A DNA stretch of 61,390 nt from Candidatus Nomurabacteria bacterium (GTDB taxonomy: Bacteria > Patescibacteriota > Minisyncoccia > Phycocordibacterales > UBA9973). Positions 8,293 to 20,100 of the stretch are shown here, piece after piece. Positions within the stretch are counted from its first letter, which is position 1, and each line of letters opens with the position of its first letter. A program made the position numbers and the translations under genes. The notes beneath the pieces were generated by a model. It was not told where the DNA came from. It worked only from the letters and a program-made list of their open reading frames with translations, and made no database searches. The stretch lies in contig CALRHK010000002.1 in assembly GCA_943359475.1 (NCBI GenBank), positions 1 to 61,390 on the forward strand. Reading direction: 5' to 3'.

Positions 8293-8682
8293 ATGACAGC
8301 TGGCCAGAAAAAAGTATTCATAGTTGATGACGATACATTCCTACTTGATATGTATTCGTTGAAGTTTTCACAATCGGGGTACACCGTTGAGAGTGCACTT
8401 GGTCCAGAGGCCGCACTTGAAAAATTGAAAAGTGGATATACGCCAGAAGTAATGCTTCTCGACGTTGTGATGCCAACAATGAATGGTTTTGAATTACTCG
8501 AAAAAATGCGTGCTGAACATTTTGCTGAAAACGCAATCAAAATTATTCTCTCAAACCGAGGACAACAGTCAGATATTGCTCGTGGTGAAGAACTTGGAGC
8601 AGCGGGCTATATTGTGAAAGCAAATAGTACACCAGCAGAAGTTGTTGCACGTGTAGAAGAAATTTTGGCGGGAAAGAAGTAG
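8293..8682 (+). CDS. Stand-alone response regulator receiver protein (PilH/PilG-like position)
   Basis: 129 aa. KVFIVDDD, VMLLDVVMPTMNG and GYIVKA are REC hallmarks. It lies between pilB and pilT. Confidence 0.88.
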   Translation: MTAGQKKVFIVDDDTFLLDMYSLKFSQSGYTVESALGPEAALEKLKSGYTPEVMLLDVVMPTMNGFELLEKMRAEHFAENAIKIILSNRGQQSDIARGEELGAAGYIVKANSTPAEVVARVEEILAGKK

Positions 8683-8729
8683 TTTTCAAGGGGCGTATTT
8701 TATAATTAAGCACATTTTTTGTTTATACA

Positions 8730-9791
8730 ATGGATTACACACGAGAGGTAGAAGAATTAGTCACCACGGTTATTCGTGAGGGTGGATCAGACCTCCATAT
8801 TAGCGCGGGTCGTTACCCAGCTATTCGTGTCGCAGGACAACTTATTTTTTTAGTAAAGCGACAAGTTCTCTCAAACCAAGATGTGCTCGGTGTCTTGAAA
8901 GTACTTTTGAGTGATGAAAAAAAGTTCAGTACATTCATGGATAATCAGGAGCTTGATTTCTCGTATGATTTCCACGGGCAAGCACGTTTGCGTGGTAATG
9001 CATATATGCAAAAGGGTGCATTTGGTATTGCACTCCGTCTCATTCCAAAAGTTCGTTCAATTGAAGAATTGAAATTACCTCCAGTACTTGAAACTTTTGC
9101 TCGTAAAAAACAAGGATTCTTTCTTGCCGTAGGTCCAGTGGGACAAGGTAAGTCAACAACACTCGCAGCGATGATTGAGCTTATCAATACGGAGCGTGCA
9201 GAGCACATCGTCACGATTGAAGATCCGATTGAATATCTTTTTGAACCAAAGCGTTCAATGATCGATCAACGCGAAGTCGGTATTGATACACGTGATTTTC
9301 ATACCGCTCTTAAGGCAGTCTTTCGACAAGATGTAAACGTTATCATGATTGGTGAAATGCGTGATCCAGAGACGATTGCAACTGCAGTGACGGCTGCTGA
9401 GACGGGTCACCTCGTGCTTTCAACACTCCATACAAATAATGCGTCACAAACGATTGACCGTATTATTGATGCCTTTCCACCTGGTCAGCAAGATCAAATT
9501 CGTGCGCAGCTCTCGACATCTCTACTCGCTATCTTTTCACAGCGTCTCATTCCGCGTATTACCGGCGGTCTCATTCCTGCATATGAATTGCTCGTGAATA
9601 ACAATGCAGTATCAAACCTCATTCGCGAACGTCGCACACACGAGATTGATGTGGTAATTGAAACAGGTTTTGAGTCAGGCATGATAGATATGAACCGCTC
9701 ACTTCTTGAGCTCGTACGGCTTGGAGAAATTAGTATTGAAAATGCGTACCTCAATTCATTTAACCCTAAGGCACTTGAGCGTTTGCTCTAA
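8730..9791 (+). CDS. pilT: Twitching-motility (retraction) ATPase PilT
   Basis: 353 aa. GGSDLHI, Walker A GPVGQGKST, VIMIGEMRD, TGHLVLSTLHTN and the AIRNLIRE-like motif VSNLIRE. Confidence 0.92.
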   Translation: MDYTREVEELVTTVIREGGSDLHISAGRYPAIRVAGQLIFLVKRQVLSNQDVLGVLKVLLSDEKKFSTFMDNQELDFSYDFHGQARLRGNAYMQKGAFGIALRLIPKVRSIEELKLPPVLETFARKKQGFFLAVGPVGQGKSTTLAAMIELINTERAEHIVTIEDPIEYLFEPKRSMIDQREVGIDTRDFHTALKAVFRQDVNVIMIGEMRDPETIATAVTAAETGHLVLSTLHTNNASQTIDRIIDAFPPGQQDQIRAQLSTSLLAIFSQRLIPRITGGLIPAYELLVNNNAVSNLIRERRTHEIDVVIETGFESGMIDMNRSLLELVRLGEISIENAYLNSFNPKALERLL

Positions 9792-9799
9792 TATTTTTT

Positions 9800-11002
9800 A
9801 TGGTATTCAAGTATAAAGCAGTTACCACAACTGGAGAGAAGAAGGAGGGAGTAATTGAGGCGGTAAATAAGGACCTCGCTATTTCAGCGCTCCAGCGTCG
9901 CGGGTTAGTCATCCTTTCTATTTTCGGAGATGAACCAAAGGGGATAATGGCAAACCCTATTTTCCAACGTGTACCAATGCGCGATGTGGTGATTCTCTCT
10001 CGACAAATCTCAACACTTTTTGAAGCACAGGTCTCAGCACTCAAGGCGTTCACACTCCTTGCTTCAAATTCAGAAAATAAATATCTTGGACGCACGCTGA
10101 CACAGGTAATTGATGATTTGCAGGCGGGGTTCTCTATTTCAGGCGCACTCGCAAAACATCCAAAAGTCTTTTCAGATTTTTACGTCAATATGGTACGTGC
10201 TGGCGAAGAATCAGGAAAGCTCTCCCAAACATTTATCTATCTCGCTGATTATCTCGATCGACAGTATGAACTCACAACCAAGACTCGCAATGCGCTCATT
10301 TATCCTGCGTTCGTCATCACTGTGTTTATTGCGGTTATGATACTCATGCTTGTAATGGTGATTCCAAAACTCTCACAGCTCATTATCGAATCAGGACAAC
10401 AAGTCCCAATCTATACACGTGTTATTATTGGTATTTCAAATTTCTTTGTTGATTACGGTATTTTCTTTGGGATCGCGCTTATCATCGCAATTGTTTGGCT
10501 TATCCTTATGGCACGTACTGAAAAAGGGAAGGTCACAATCGACAGTATGAAGCTCACGATTCCGCTCTTTGGTAATCTATTTAAAAAAGTGTATCTCTCT
10601 CGTATTTCAGACAACATGGACACGATGCTCTCTGCGGGTATTCCGATTGTTCGTTCAATTGAGATTACCGCAAGTGTCGTTGGTAACAAAGTGTATGGAG
10701 AAATAATGAAAAATACCTCAGACCTTGTAAAAGGAGGAAGCTCATTTTCTGATGCACTTGGTAAACATGTAGAAATGCCTGCAATTTTGATTCAAATGAT
10801 AAAGGTCGGCGAGGAAACAGGATCAGTTACCAATATCCTAAAGACACTTGCGCGCTTTTACAAACGAGAGGTTGATGAAGCCGTTGACACACTTGTTGGT
10901 TTGATTGAGCCGGTGATGATCGTAGTGCTCGGTATTGGTGTGGGAGTACTTCTTTCAGCTATTCTCATTCCGATTTATAACATTGCCTCGTCTATCCAAT
11001 AA
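9800..11002 (+). CDS. pilC: Type IV pilus platform protein PilC/GspF
   Basis: 400 aa. The N-terminus FKYKAVTTTGEKKEGVIEA is typical. There are two T2SSF repeats and 3 or more TM segments. Confidence 0.9.
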   Translation: MVFKYKAVTTTGEKKEGVIEAVNKDLAISALQRRGLVILSIFGDEPKGIMANPIFQRVPMRDVVILSRQISTLFEAQVSALKAFTLLASNSENKYLGRTLTQVIDDLQAGFSISGALAKHPKVFSDFYVNMVRAGEESGKLSQTFIYLADYLDRQYELTTKTRNALIYPAFVITVFIAVMILMLVMVIPKLSQLIIESGQQVPIYTRVIIGISNFFVDYGIFFGIALIIAIVWLILMARTEKGKVTIDSMKLTIPLFGNLFKKVYLSRISDNMDTMLSAGIPIVRSIEITASVVGNKVYGEIMKNTSDLVKGGSSFSDALGKHVEMPAILIQMIKVGEETGSVTNILKTLARFYKREVDEAVDTLVGLIEPVMIVVLGIGVGVLLSAILIPIYNIASSIQ

Positions 11003-11097
11003 GCTTTTCCACAGTATCCTAGTGGTGTGGGGGTGCAAAGTGTATAATTAAGTTCGTACATTATTAGACTATAGTTGTTGTGTTTAAACGTAATATT

Positions 11098-11568
11098 ATG
11101 AAAAAAACATTTACAAAAGGTTTTACTTTGATTGAATTGCTTGTGGTGGTCGCCATCATTGGTATTCTTGCCGCAGTCGTGCTTGCTTCACTCAATACTG
11201 CACGAGGAAAAGGTCGCGACGCAGCGATTAAGTCTGACCTCGCAAATGCGCGTGCACAAGCTGAGATTTACTTTGATACAAACAATTCGAGCTATGCAGG
11301 TCTTTGTGATAACAATACTCCAGCAGGAGGCTCGTCGCTTGGTGACGCAAAGCTCAATTTCTGGCGTCAAACTACTGCTGCAATCAATAACTCACCATCA
11401 CCAGTCGGTAGCGGTTCGCTTTCAAAAGGTAACTGTAACTCTGATGCAAATACCTGGGCAACTTCAGTTGAACTCAATGCTGTTGCAGGGAATGAGTGGT
11501 GTGTAGACTCAAACGGATTCTCGAATATTGGTTCACCAAGTTCAAGTTCTCCATTCCAGTGTAGTTAA
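11098..11568 (+). CDS. pilA: Type IV (major) pilin with class III signal peptide
   Basis: MKKTFTKG|FTLIELLVVVAIIGILAAV has the canonical prepilin cleavage site with Glu+5. C-terminal Cys pairs are present. Start chosen at ATG 11098 rather than GTG 11080. Confidence 0.88.
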   Translation: MKKTFTKGFTLIELLVVVAIIGILAAVVLASLNTARGKGRDAAIKSDLANARAQAEIYFDTNNSSYAGLCDNNTPAGGSSLGDAKLNFWRQTTAAINNSPSPVGSGSLSKGNCNSDANTWATSVELNAVAGNEWCVDSNGFSNIGSPSSSSPFQCS

Positions 11569-11578
11569 TCTCACTAAA

Positions 11579-11609
11579 CAAAAAGCCGGCGAAAGCCGGC
11601 TTTTTGTTT
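11579..11609 (+). terminator. Intrinsic terminator after the pilin gene
   Basis: GCCGGC-GAAA-GCCGGC followed by a T5 run. It may attenuate rather than fully stop transcription, since pilD follows. Confidence 0.75.
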
Positions 11610-11657
11610 TACACATTTTTCTGCGAAAGAAATAGAATTGTTGCTATAATAAAACCA

Positions 11658-12467
11658 ATGGCATATATATTTTGGCTCATCACTTTTCTCTTTGGCACAT
11701 TTGTGGGAAGTTTCCTTAATGTTGTCATTTTAAGACTCAATACGGGACGTACGCTTGGAGGACGTTCGCATTGTCAGAGTTGTGGCAAGACGCTCGGTGC
11801 ACATGAGCTTATTCCTGTACTTTCGTATTGTGTACAGAGAGGCAAGTGCACCAATTGTAACTCTCGTATTTCAGCACAATACCCAATTGTTGAAGCACTT
11901 ACTGGACTCCTCTTTGCATCAATTTTTTGGAAATACCAAGTATTTCTTTTTACTTTTTTCCCGTACTTTGTACTTATCTCTGCCTACCTCATACTTATTT
12001 TTACACTTTTGATGGTGATTTTCTTTTATGATCTTCGTCATCAAATAATTCCCAACGCGCTCTCGTATACATTTATCCTGTTGGCATTTTTTGTGCCATT
12101 CGTACTTTCAAATACAATGATGATGCCGTACACATGGTCACTTATGACATTTCTTTCTGGACCACTTGTCGCGCTCCCGCTCTTTCTCTTGTGGGCCGTA
12201 TCAAAAGGACAGTGGCTTGGCTTTGGTGACGTAAAGCTCGCAACCGGAATAGGTTACATGCTCGGTGTATCGGGAGGTTTCGCATCACTCATGCTTTCGT
12301 TTTGGATTGGAGGTATTGTGGGGGTAATACTTCTCGTAATCGGGCGTAATAGTAAAAAACTCACGCTAAAGACAGCCGTACCCTTCGCACCATTTTTGAT
12401 CATTGGGTGTACGATTGCATTTTTCTGTTCGATTAATCTCTCAAATATCATTAGCTTCATACAGTAA
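11658..12467 (+). CDS. pilD: Prepilin peptidase / N-methyltransferase PilD (peptidase A24)
   Basis: N-terminal CxxC...CxxC (CQSCGK...CTNCNS), polytopic membrane protein, GFGDVKL catalytic Asp motif. Start trimmed to ATG 11658 (MAYIFWL...). Confidence 0.88.
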   Translation: MAYIFWLITFLFGTFVGSFLNVVILRLNTGRTLGGRSHCQSCGKTLGAHELIPVLSYCVQRGKCTNCNSRISAQYPIVEALTGLLFASIFWKYQVFLFTFFPYFVLISAYLILIFTLLMVIFFYDLRHQIIPNALSYTFILLAFFVPFVLSNTMMMPYTWSLMTFLSGPLVALPLFLLWAVSKGQWLGFGDVKLATGIGYMLGVSGGFASLMLSFWIGGIVGVILLVIGRNSKKLTLKTAVPFAPFLIIGCTIAFFCSINLSNIISFIQ

Positions 12468-12468
12468 T

Positions 12469-13173
12469 ATGCGCAACTCATTCATCGGATGGTTCAAAAA
12501 AATACATACAGATACGAGAGGCATGACCTTTTTGGAACTCATGGTTGTGATTGCGATTTTTGGCATGATTGCAGGGGTTGTCCTTTTTAATTTTAAAGAT
12601 TTTACTGGTGGCATCAGCTTGCAAAATACAGCACAAGAAATTGCATTGCGTATCACACAAGCACAGCGCTATGCGATTTCTGGAAATGTTGCACGGTCAA
12701 CGCTCTCATCAACTGGAAATGAAGTACGCCCAACATTCGGCGTTTATTTTGATAGTCTTGACGGCTCCCACTCGGGTGTTTCATTTGATTCTGCAATTAC
12801 CCCAGATAAGCAGTTTATTCTCTTTGCTGATATTCCACCGACTGATGACGGGCTCTTTGAAAGAAATACGTGTGGGCAGGCTGCATCAACAGAATGTCTC
12901 GAACTAGTGAAAATAAACACAGGCGATTTTATAAGCGATATTTGCGCAAATGAAAAGAGTAATGGGGGGATAAATGCAACGTGCGATATTGATATGCCCG
13001 TTAATATTACTTTTAGTCGACCATTTCCTGATGCACATTTTGATGAAATTTATTCAGGCGGTATTCCTGTGGCAGTGGATGATCTTGAAATAAAAATTCA
13101 ATCAATCCGAGGTCAAAGCAAGACAATTATAATATGGAAAACTGGCCAGATCAGTGTTGAATCAACAAGCTAA
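12469..13173 (+). CDS. Minor pilin / pseudopilin (prepilin-type N-terminus)
   Basis: TRG|MTFLELMVVIAIFGMIAGVV is a class III signal with Glu+5. The ATG is 1 nt after the pilD stop. Confidence 0.75.
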   Translation: MRNSFIGWFKKIHTDTRGMTFLELMVVIAIFGMIAGVVLFNFKDFTGGISLQNTAQEIALRITQAQRYAISGNVARSTLSSTGNEVRPTFGVYFDSLDGSHSGVSFDSAITPDKQFILFADIPPTDDGLFERNTCGQAASTECLELVKINTGDFISDICANEKSNGGINATCDIDMPVNITFSRPFPDAHFDEIYSGGIPVAVDDLEIKIQSIRGQSKTIIIWKTGQISVESTS

Positions 13174-13174
13174 T

Positions 13175-13831
13175 ATGATACGATTTGATGCACAACACGG
13201 GTTCACTCTTATAGAAATTATGATTTCTATTGCTATTTTTACTATTGTTATGACAGTAGGGGTTTCTGCGGTACTTAACGCCAATGCAATACACAAAGTA
13301 AACCAATCCCAGCGTGCACTCATGGATAACCTCAACTTTATTGTGGAAGACATGTCGAGAAATATTCGTCTTGGAGCAAACTACTATTGTCTTGATACAG
13401 GAGGGTCATATGAAGTTGCCGTCACACAAACTGCCGACCCAGTACTTGGTGCTCCAGCACATGATTGTACTGGTACCGGAGCGTCAGCAATTGCGTTTGA
13501 GCCAATGGAAGGTGTGCGTGCTGATATGAATGATCAAGTTGTGTATGCAATTGCTTCAAGTATTGGCGGACCTACCTGTGATGATCAAAATCCATGCAAA
13601 ATTTTTAAATCGATTGATGGAGGACATAGTTTTGCAAATGTCACACCAACAGAAGTAGTAATCGACCCTGCCCGATCGGGGTTTAGCGTATACGGAACAC
13701 TTACTTCAGCAGATGGAGATACTACACAACCAGCAGTCGTAATCCGCTTAGCTGGATCGATACAATATAAGACGGTCGTAACACCATTTGATGTGGAAAC
13801 TACGGTTACTGAACGTGCAACAGACAATTAA
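13175..13831 (+). CDS. Minor pilin / pseudopilin
   Basis: AQHG|FTLIEIMISIAIFTIVM. The ATG at 13175 is 1 nt after the previous stop. Confidence 0.75.
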   Translation: MIRFDAQHGFTLIEIMISIAIFTIVMTVGVSAVLNANAIHKVNQSQRALMDNLNFIVEDMSRNIRLGANYYCLDTGGSYEVAVTQTADPVLGAPAHDCTGTGASAIAFEPMEGVRADMNDQVVYAIASSIGGPTCDDQNPCKIFKSIDGGHSFANVTPTEVVIDPARSGFSVYGTLTSADGDTTQPAVVIRLAGSIQYKTVVTPFDVETTVTERATDN

Positions 13832-13834
13832 TCT

Positions 13835-14401
13835 ATGAATAAACACGCTCACAACGAAAAAGGTTTTACGCTCATTGAAACGCTTGTTGCGCTTGTCATT
13901 TTTACGTCAGCAATTACCGCAATGTTGGTGCTTACTGGACAAGGTGTGCTTGGTACAAACTACGCAAAAAACCGACTCACTGCTGGTTTTTTGGCACAAG
14001 AGGGAATAGAGCTTGTCCGCTTCATTCGTGACTCATCACTACTTGAGGCACCTGCAACTGGATGGACTGATGTGGTTTCAGCATTCGCAAGTTGTGGTGA
14101 AGCTACACCAGGTTGTCTCTTAGACACGAGCGTGCTCTCTGCTGGTACTTCAAACGCACGCTACGATCTTATTACTCCATGTTCTGGTACATGCCCACTG
14201 TATTATGATTCAATTGCGGGGTATAACACTCGCAGCCTGGGAGCACAAAGTCTCTATACACGTACTATTACCGTTGAGCCGGTAAATACTGGCGCGACAA
14301 CATTTTTGCGAATTACTTCAAACGTAGTGTGGACACAAGGCACAAATGTTAAATCAGTAGCACTTACTGAGAATTTATTTGATTGGGCAGTAATACCATA
14401 A
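13835..14401 (+). CDS. Minor pilin / pseudopilin
   Basis: NEKG|FTLIETLVALVIFTSAI. Confidence 0.75.
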   Translation: MNKHAHNEKGFTLIETLVALVIFTSAITAMLVLTGQGVLGTNYAKNRLTAGFLAQEGIELVRFIRDSSLLEAPATGWTDVVSAFASCGEATPGCLLDTSVLSAGTSNARYDLITPCSGTCPLYYDSIAGYNTRSLGAQSLYTRTITVEPVNTGATTFLRITSNVVWTQGTNVKSVALTENLFDWAVIP

Positions 14402-14402
14402 T

Positions 14403-14990
14403 ATGCATACCTCTGACACAAAAAAACAAAAAGGATTCGTTATTCTGTTCGCCATTTTAGTTGCGGCGATTGTACTTGCTATTGCGATCGGTATTTCAAA
14501 TGTTGCGTATAAAGAAATCTTACTTTCAGCGTCTGCCCGTGAGTCACACTACTCATTCTTTTCTGCAGATACGGGAGCAGAGTGTGCATTATATTACGAT
14601 TTGAAATTAGATTTATTTGCTGCAGATGCGAATACTGCAGGCCCAGTCAATAATATAAATTGTGATGGACTTGCAGGCTATGATGTATTTCCTTCGGTAG
14701 GCTCTAATAATGAAGTAGTATACGATTTTCTTAATCCAAACCTCACCAACAATAGTAGCTTTGAGATTGACAGCACTCCTCCAGGGGGAGTAACTACAAA
14801 ACTTTGCAATCACAGTATCGTTACCAAGCATATGCCAGTGCCTGACCCAAATGACCCTGCGAATACGCTTCTTGAAACTCGAATAGATTCATACGGATAT
14901 AATATCCCATGTAGTGACCTTTCGACTGCGGCAAATCGCCGTCTTGTCGAACGCCATGTCTATGTGCACTATTACGAAAACCTCCCCTAA
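14403..14990 (+). CDS. Pilin-like protein lacking Glu+5 (PilX/GspK-like candidate)
   Basis: KQKG|FVILFAILVAAIVLAIAIG is a hydrophobic pilin-type N-terminus with Phe instead of Glu at +5. It is the last gene of the tightly packed pilin set. Confidence 0.55.
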   Translation: MHTSDTKKQKGFVILFAILVAAIVLAIAIGISNVAYKEILLSASARESHYSFFSADTGAECALYYDLKLDLFAADANTAGPVNNINCDGLAGYDVFPSVGSNNEVVYDFLNPNLTNNSSFEIDSTPPGGVTTKLCNHSIVTKHMPVPDPNDPANTLLETRIDSYGYNIPCSDLSTAANRRLVERHVYVHYYENLP

Positions 14991-14994
14991 ATGA

Positions 14995-17064
<2,070 letters not shown>

Positions 17065-17115
17065 ACAGTAGTTGTACACAGGCAAAATAGGGGATTTAAA
17101 TTAAAATAAAGGTAT

Positions 17116-20100
17116 ATGAGAAAACTCCACAAGCAGTTTCTAACAATTGCGATTTTGATTATTGCGGTGGCTTTGCTGATATCATCTGTCGCGCTCAATC
17201 GTCAAGTTCAGTCGCTCTCTCGAAAGCTTGCAGCACTTGTTTCTTCTGGTCCCACTATCTCAAATCAAATCTATATCAATGTTACACAGACAACTGCGAC
17301 AATTTTGTGGGATACAGATCGCATTGCAACAACGCAAATCTCGCTCGGTACAAGCGCAACTGCGCTCAATCTTTTGCAGGAATATAATACTCCAGCACAA
17401 AATAGTGGTTCAATTTCTCATCGATATGATTTAACCAATCTGAGTCCGTGCACTCGTTATTATTTCAGGATAGTCAGTACTGACGTTGCTGGAAATAAAA
17501 CAACTACATCTGCCTATGCACTTGATACGCATGGATGTGGTCAAGCGAGTGGTGATGCTACTGCGCCTGCTCCGGTAACAAATCTTCGCGTAACTAACAC
17601 AACACAAACAAGTGCAACGCTTTCGTGGGATGCGGCTAGCGACCCTAGCGGAATTTATCGCTACTATATCTTTGGAGGTAATGGCACGATGGGCAATCGT
17701 CAACAACTAGCTGTTGTGAGTGGTTCACTAACAACGTTTACGATTGAAGGTTTGACTGTTGGCACTACGTATACTGGCGAATATGGCGCAACCGCGGGAT
17801 TTATGATCCAAGCAGTAGATAATGCAAATAATTTTAGTTTACCCTCAGGGCGAATTACAATCGTGATGCCACAACCTGTTAGTACTGCTGCACCTTCAAC
17901 AACAACTTCAGCGATTACTGGCTGGTGGACAAATTCACAAGTATCAGTACCACTTGTCTGTACGCCAGGGAACGGTACTACCTGTACGGGGACGTACTAT
18001 AAATTTATCTCAAATATGGCTTCAGGGTGTCCAGCAGCTGACCCTACGGTATATCTCACTGGTGTAACTGCGACAACTATTGATCAAGGACTCTACGATC
18101 TTTGTTTCTGGTCAGAAGCTTCAAATGGAACACGCGAAACGCCACATCGAATTGGGCCGTTTGGTCTTGATAAGACAAAACCTACAGGCCAGGTAACTTT
18201 TCCGACAACAGGAAGTACGGTAACTGGAGTAATGACTGTGACAACAAGTTCGGCAGATGCGCTTTCTGGTGTACAAAAAGTAGTGCTATCTATTGATAGT
18301 CGCGAAGCACAAACAGTGACCACGCCACCATATAGTTTTACCGTGAGCACAAACAGTTATACTGAAGGACAACACAACGTACTCATTAGTGTTTACGATA
18401 ATGCTGGTAACAGTTCATCATCTTCACGAATCTATTTTAATGTTGAAGTATGTCAAACATTGTTAACAAACGGAAGCACATTCTCCTCAAAACTTAATCC
18501 CACAGGTGATCCAATTGGAGGAGGAAAGTGTTATAGGAATATTATAAGTCGCACTAATGCATGGAGAGTTGTTGCAACTAAGGCAGACCTCTTGAGTGCA
18601 CTTGCACAGGCAACCGCAGGACAGATTATATATGTTGATGATTCGGTCACTATTGATTTAACCGGGAGTGCACCGATAACTATACCTGGCGGAGTAACAC
18701 TCGCTTCAGGGCGTGGTAAGAGTGGATCAAAAGGCGCACTCTTGTATTCAAAATCTCTCTACCAAACAGACACACCACTGTTTACTACGGGTGGTGATGG
18801 GGTTCGAATTACTGGGTTACGTATACGAGGTCCATATGAAGGAGTTGGTGATCACAACTATTCTGCTGGCATAGCTCTCGGTTTCAAAAATAATCACAAT
18901 AACACCGAGCTTGATAATAATGAATTTTGGGCATGGCAGAAGTGGGCAGTCTGGCTCTATAAAATTGGTGGCGCGAATAATCAAAATGGAGCACGTGTTC
19001 ACCACAACTATTTCCATGACACTATGAATAATGGTTACGGATACCATATCTGGAATGGTGGTGCGGGTTCTGAAACAAACGTACTTTCAACAATTGAAGC
19101 AAATCTTTTTGGTCCAAGCCGAGAAGTTGTTGATGCACATTCTGGCGCACACAGCTACACATTCGCGCACAACGTGATCATGGACAACCATCTCTACCGA
19201 AATATCTTGCGTCACGGAGGTTCTGAGTGTGCAGGACTACGTGGACTATCTGGTGATGTTACAAAAGTAATTGAAAATCTTTTCTTTACAAAAGATGTTG
19301 AATCGGTTGCAATCGGTACACCTCGCACAACAACAGGAAGTAATCAAATTATCGATAACTGGTTCTCAGGAAGTTACGCAAGTGATTCAACACAAATTCC
19401 TGCTGCAGCAGGGTATTGTGATTCGTCTACGGGTGCATATAGTGATCTTACGCCAAATCAGGCAATCGCACGCGATGCGCGCATTATTGTTTCGGGTAAC
19501 CATGTAAATGGTCAAGGTAGACAGCTTCCGGTTGCTTCATTTACCGCAAGTGCAACTGTCATAAATGAAGGCGATACGATTACTTTTGATGCAAGCGCAA
19601 GCAGCGATCCCCTCGGAAGTAAGATTATTCATTATCGATGGCGTTTCGCTGATGGTGAAGGCGCTTTCTCGGGTGGTGACAACGATAGTGGTTACCGAGC
19701 AAATGAACGCTGGGATGTAAAATCAACCACGTATACATTCACTAAACCTGGATATTATGATGTAGAGCTCGTGGTATTTAATGCATACGGAATTCCGAGC
19801 GAAAAAACATATAAAAAGATTTTAGTACGACCAAATACGTCTCGAGGCACTCATGTGCTCACTGCATGGGTCAAGGATTCGTTCGATCGCTCAACAATGC
19901 CTGGTCGCTATGAACATCAGTTAGTGCTGTATGATGTCGTCGGAACAACTCTCTCAAATCCGATTGTGGTGTGGCGACAAGATGTAAACGGTGCACAAGG
20001 ATGGATACACCCTGTGGTAAGTCTCGATGGTATTTCAGGCCTCAGTCTCACGCCCGGAACAAAGAAAGCCGTCGCGTACCGATTGATGGCTGTCGGTAAT

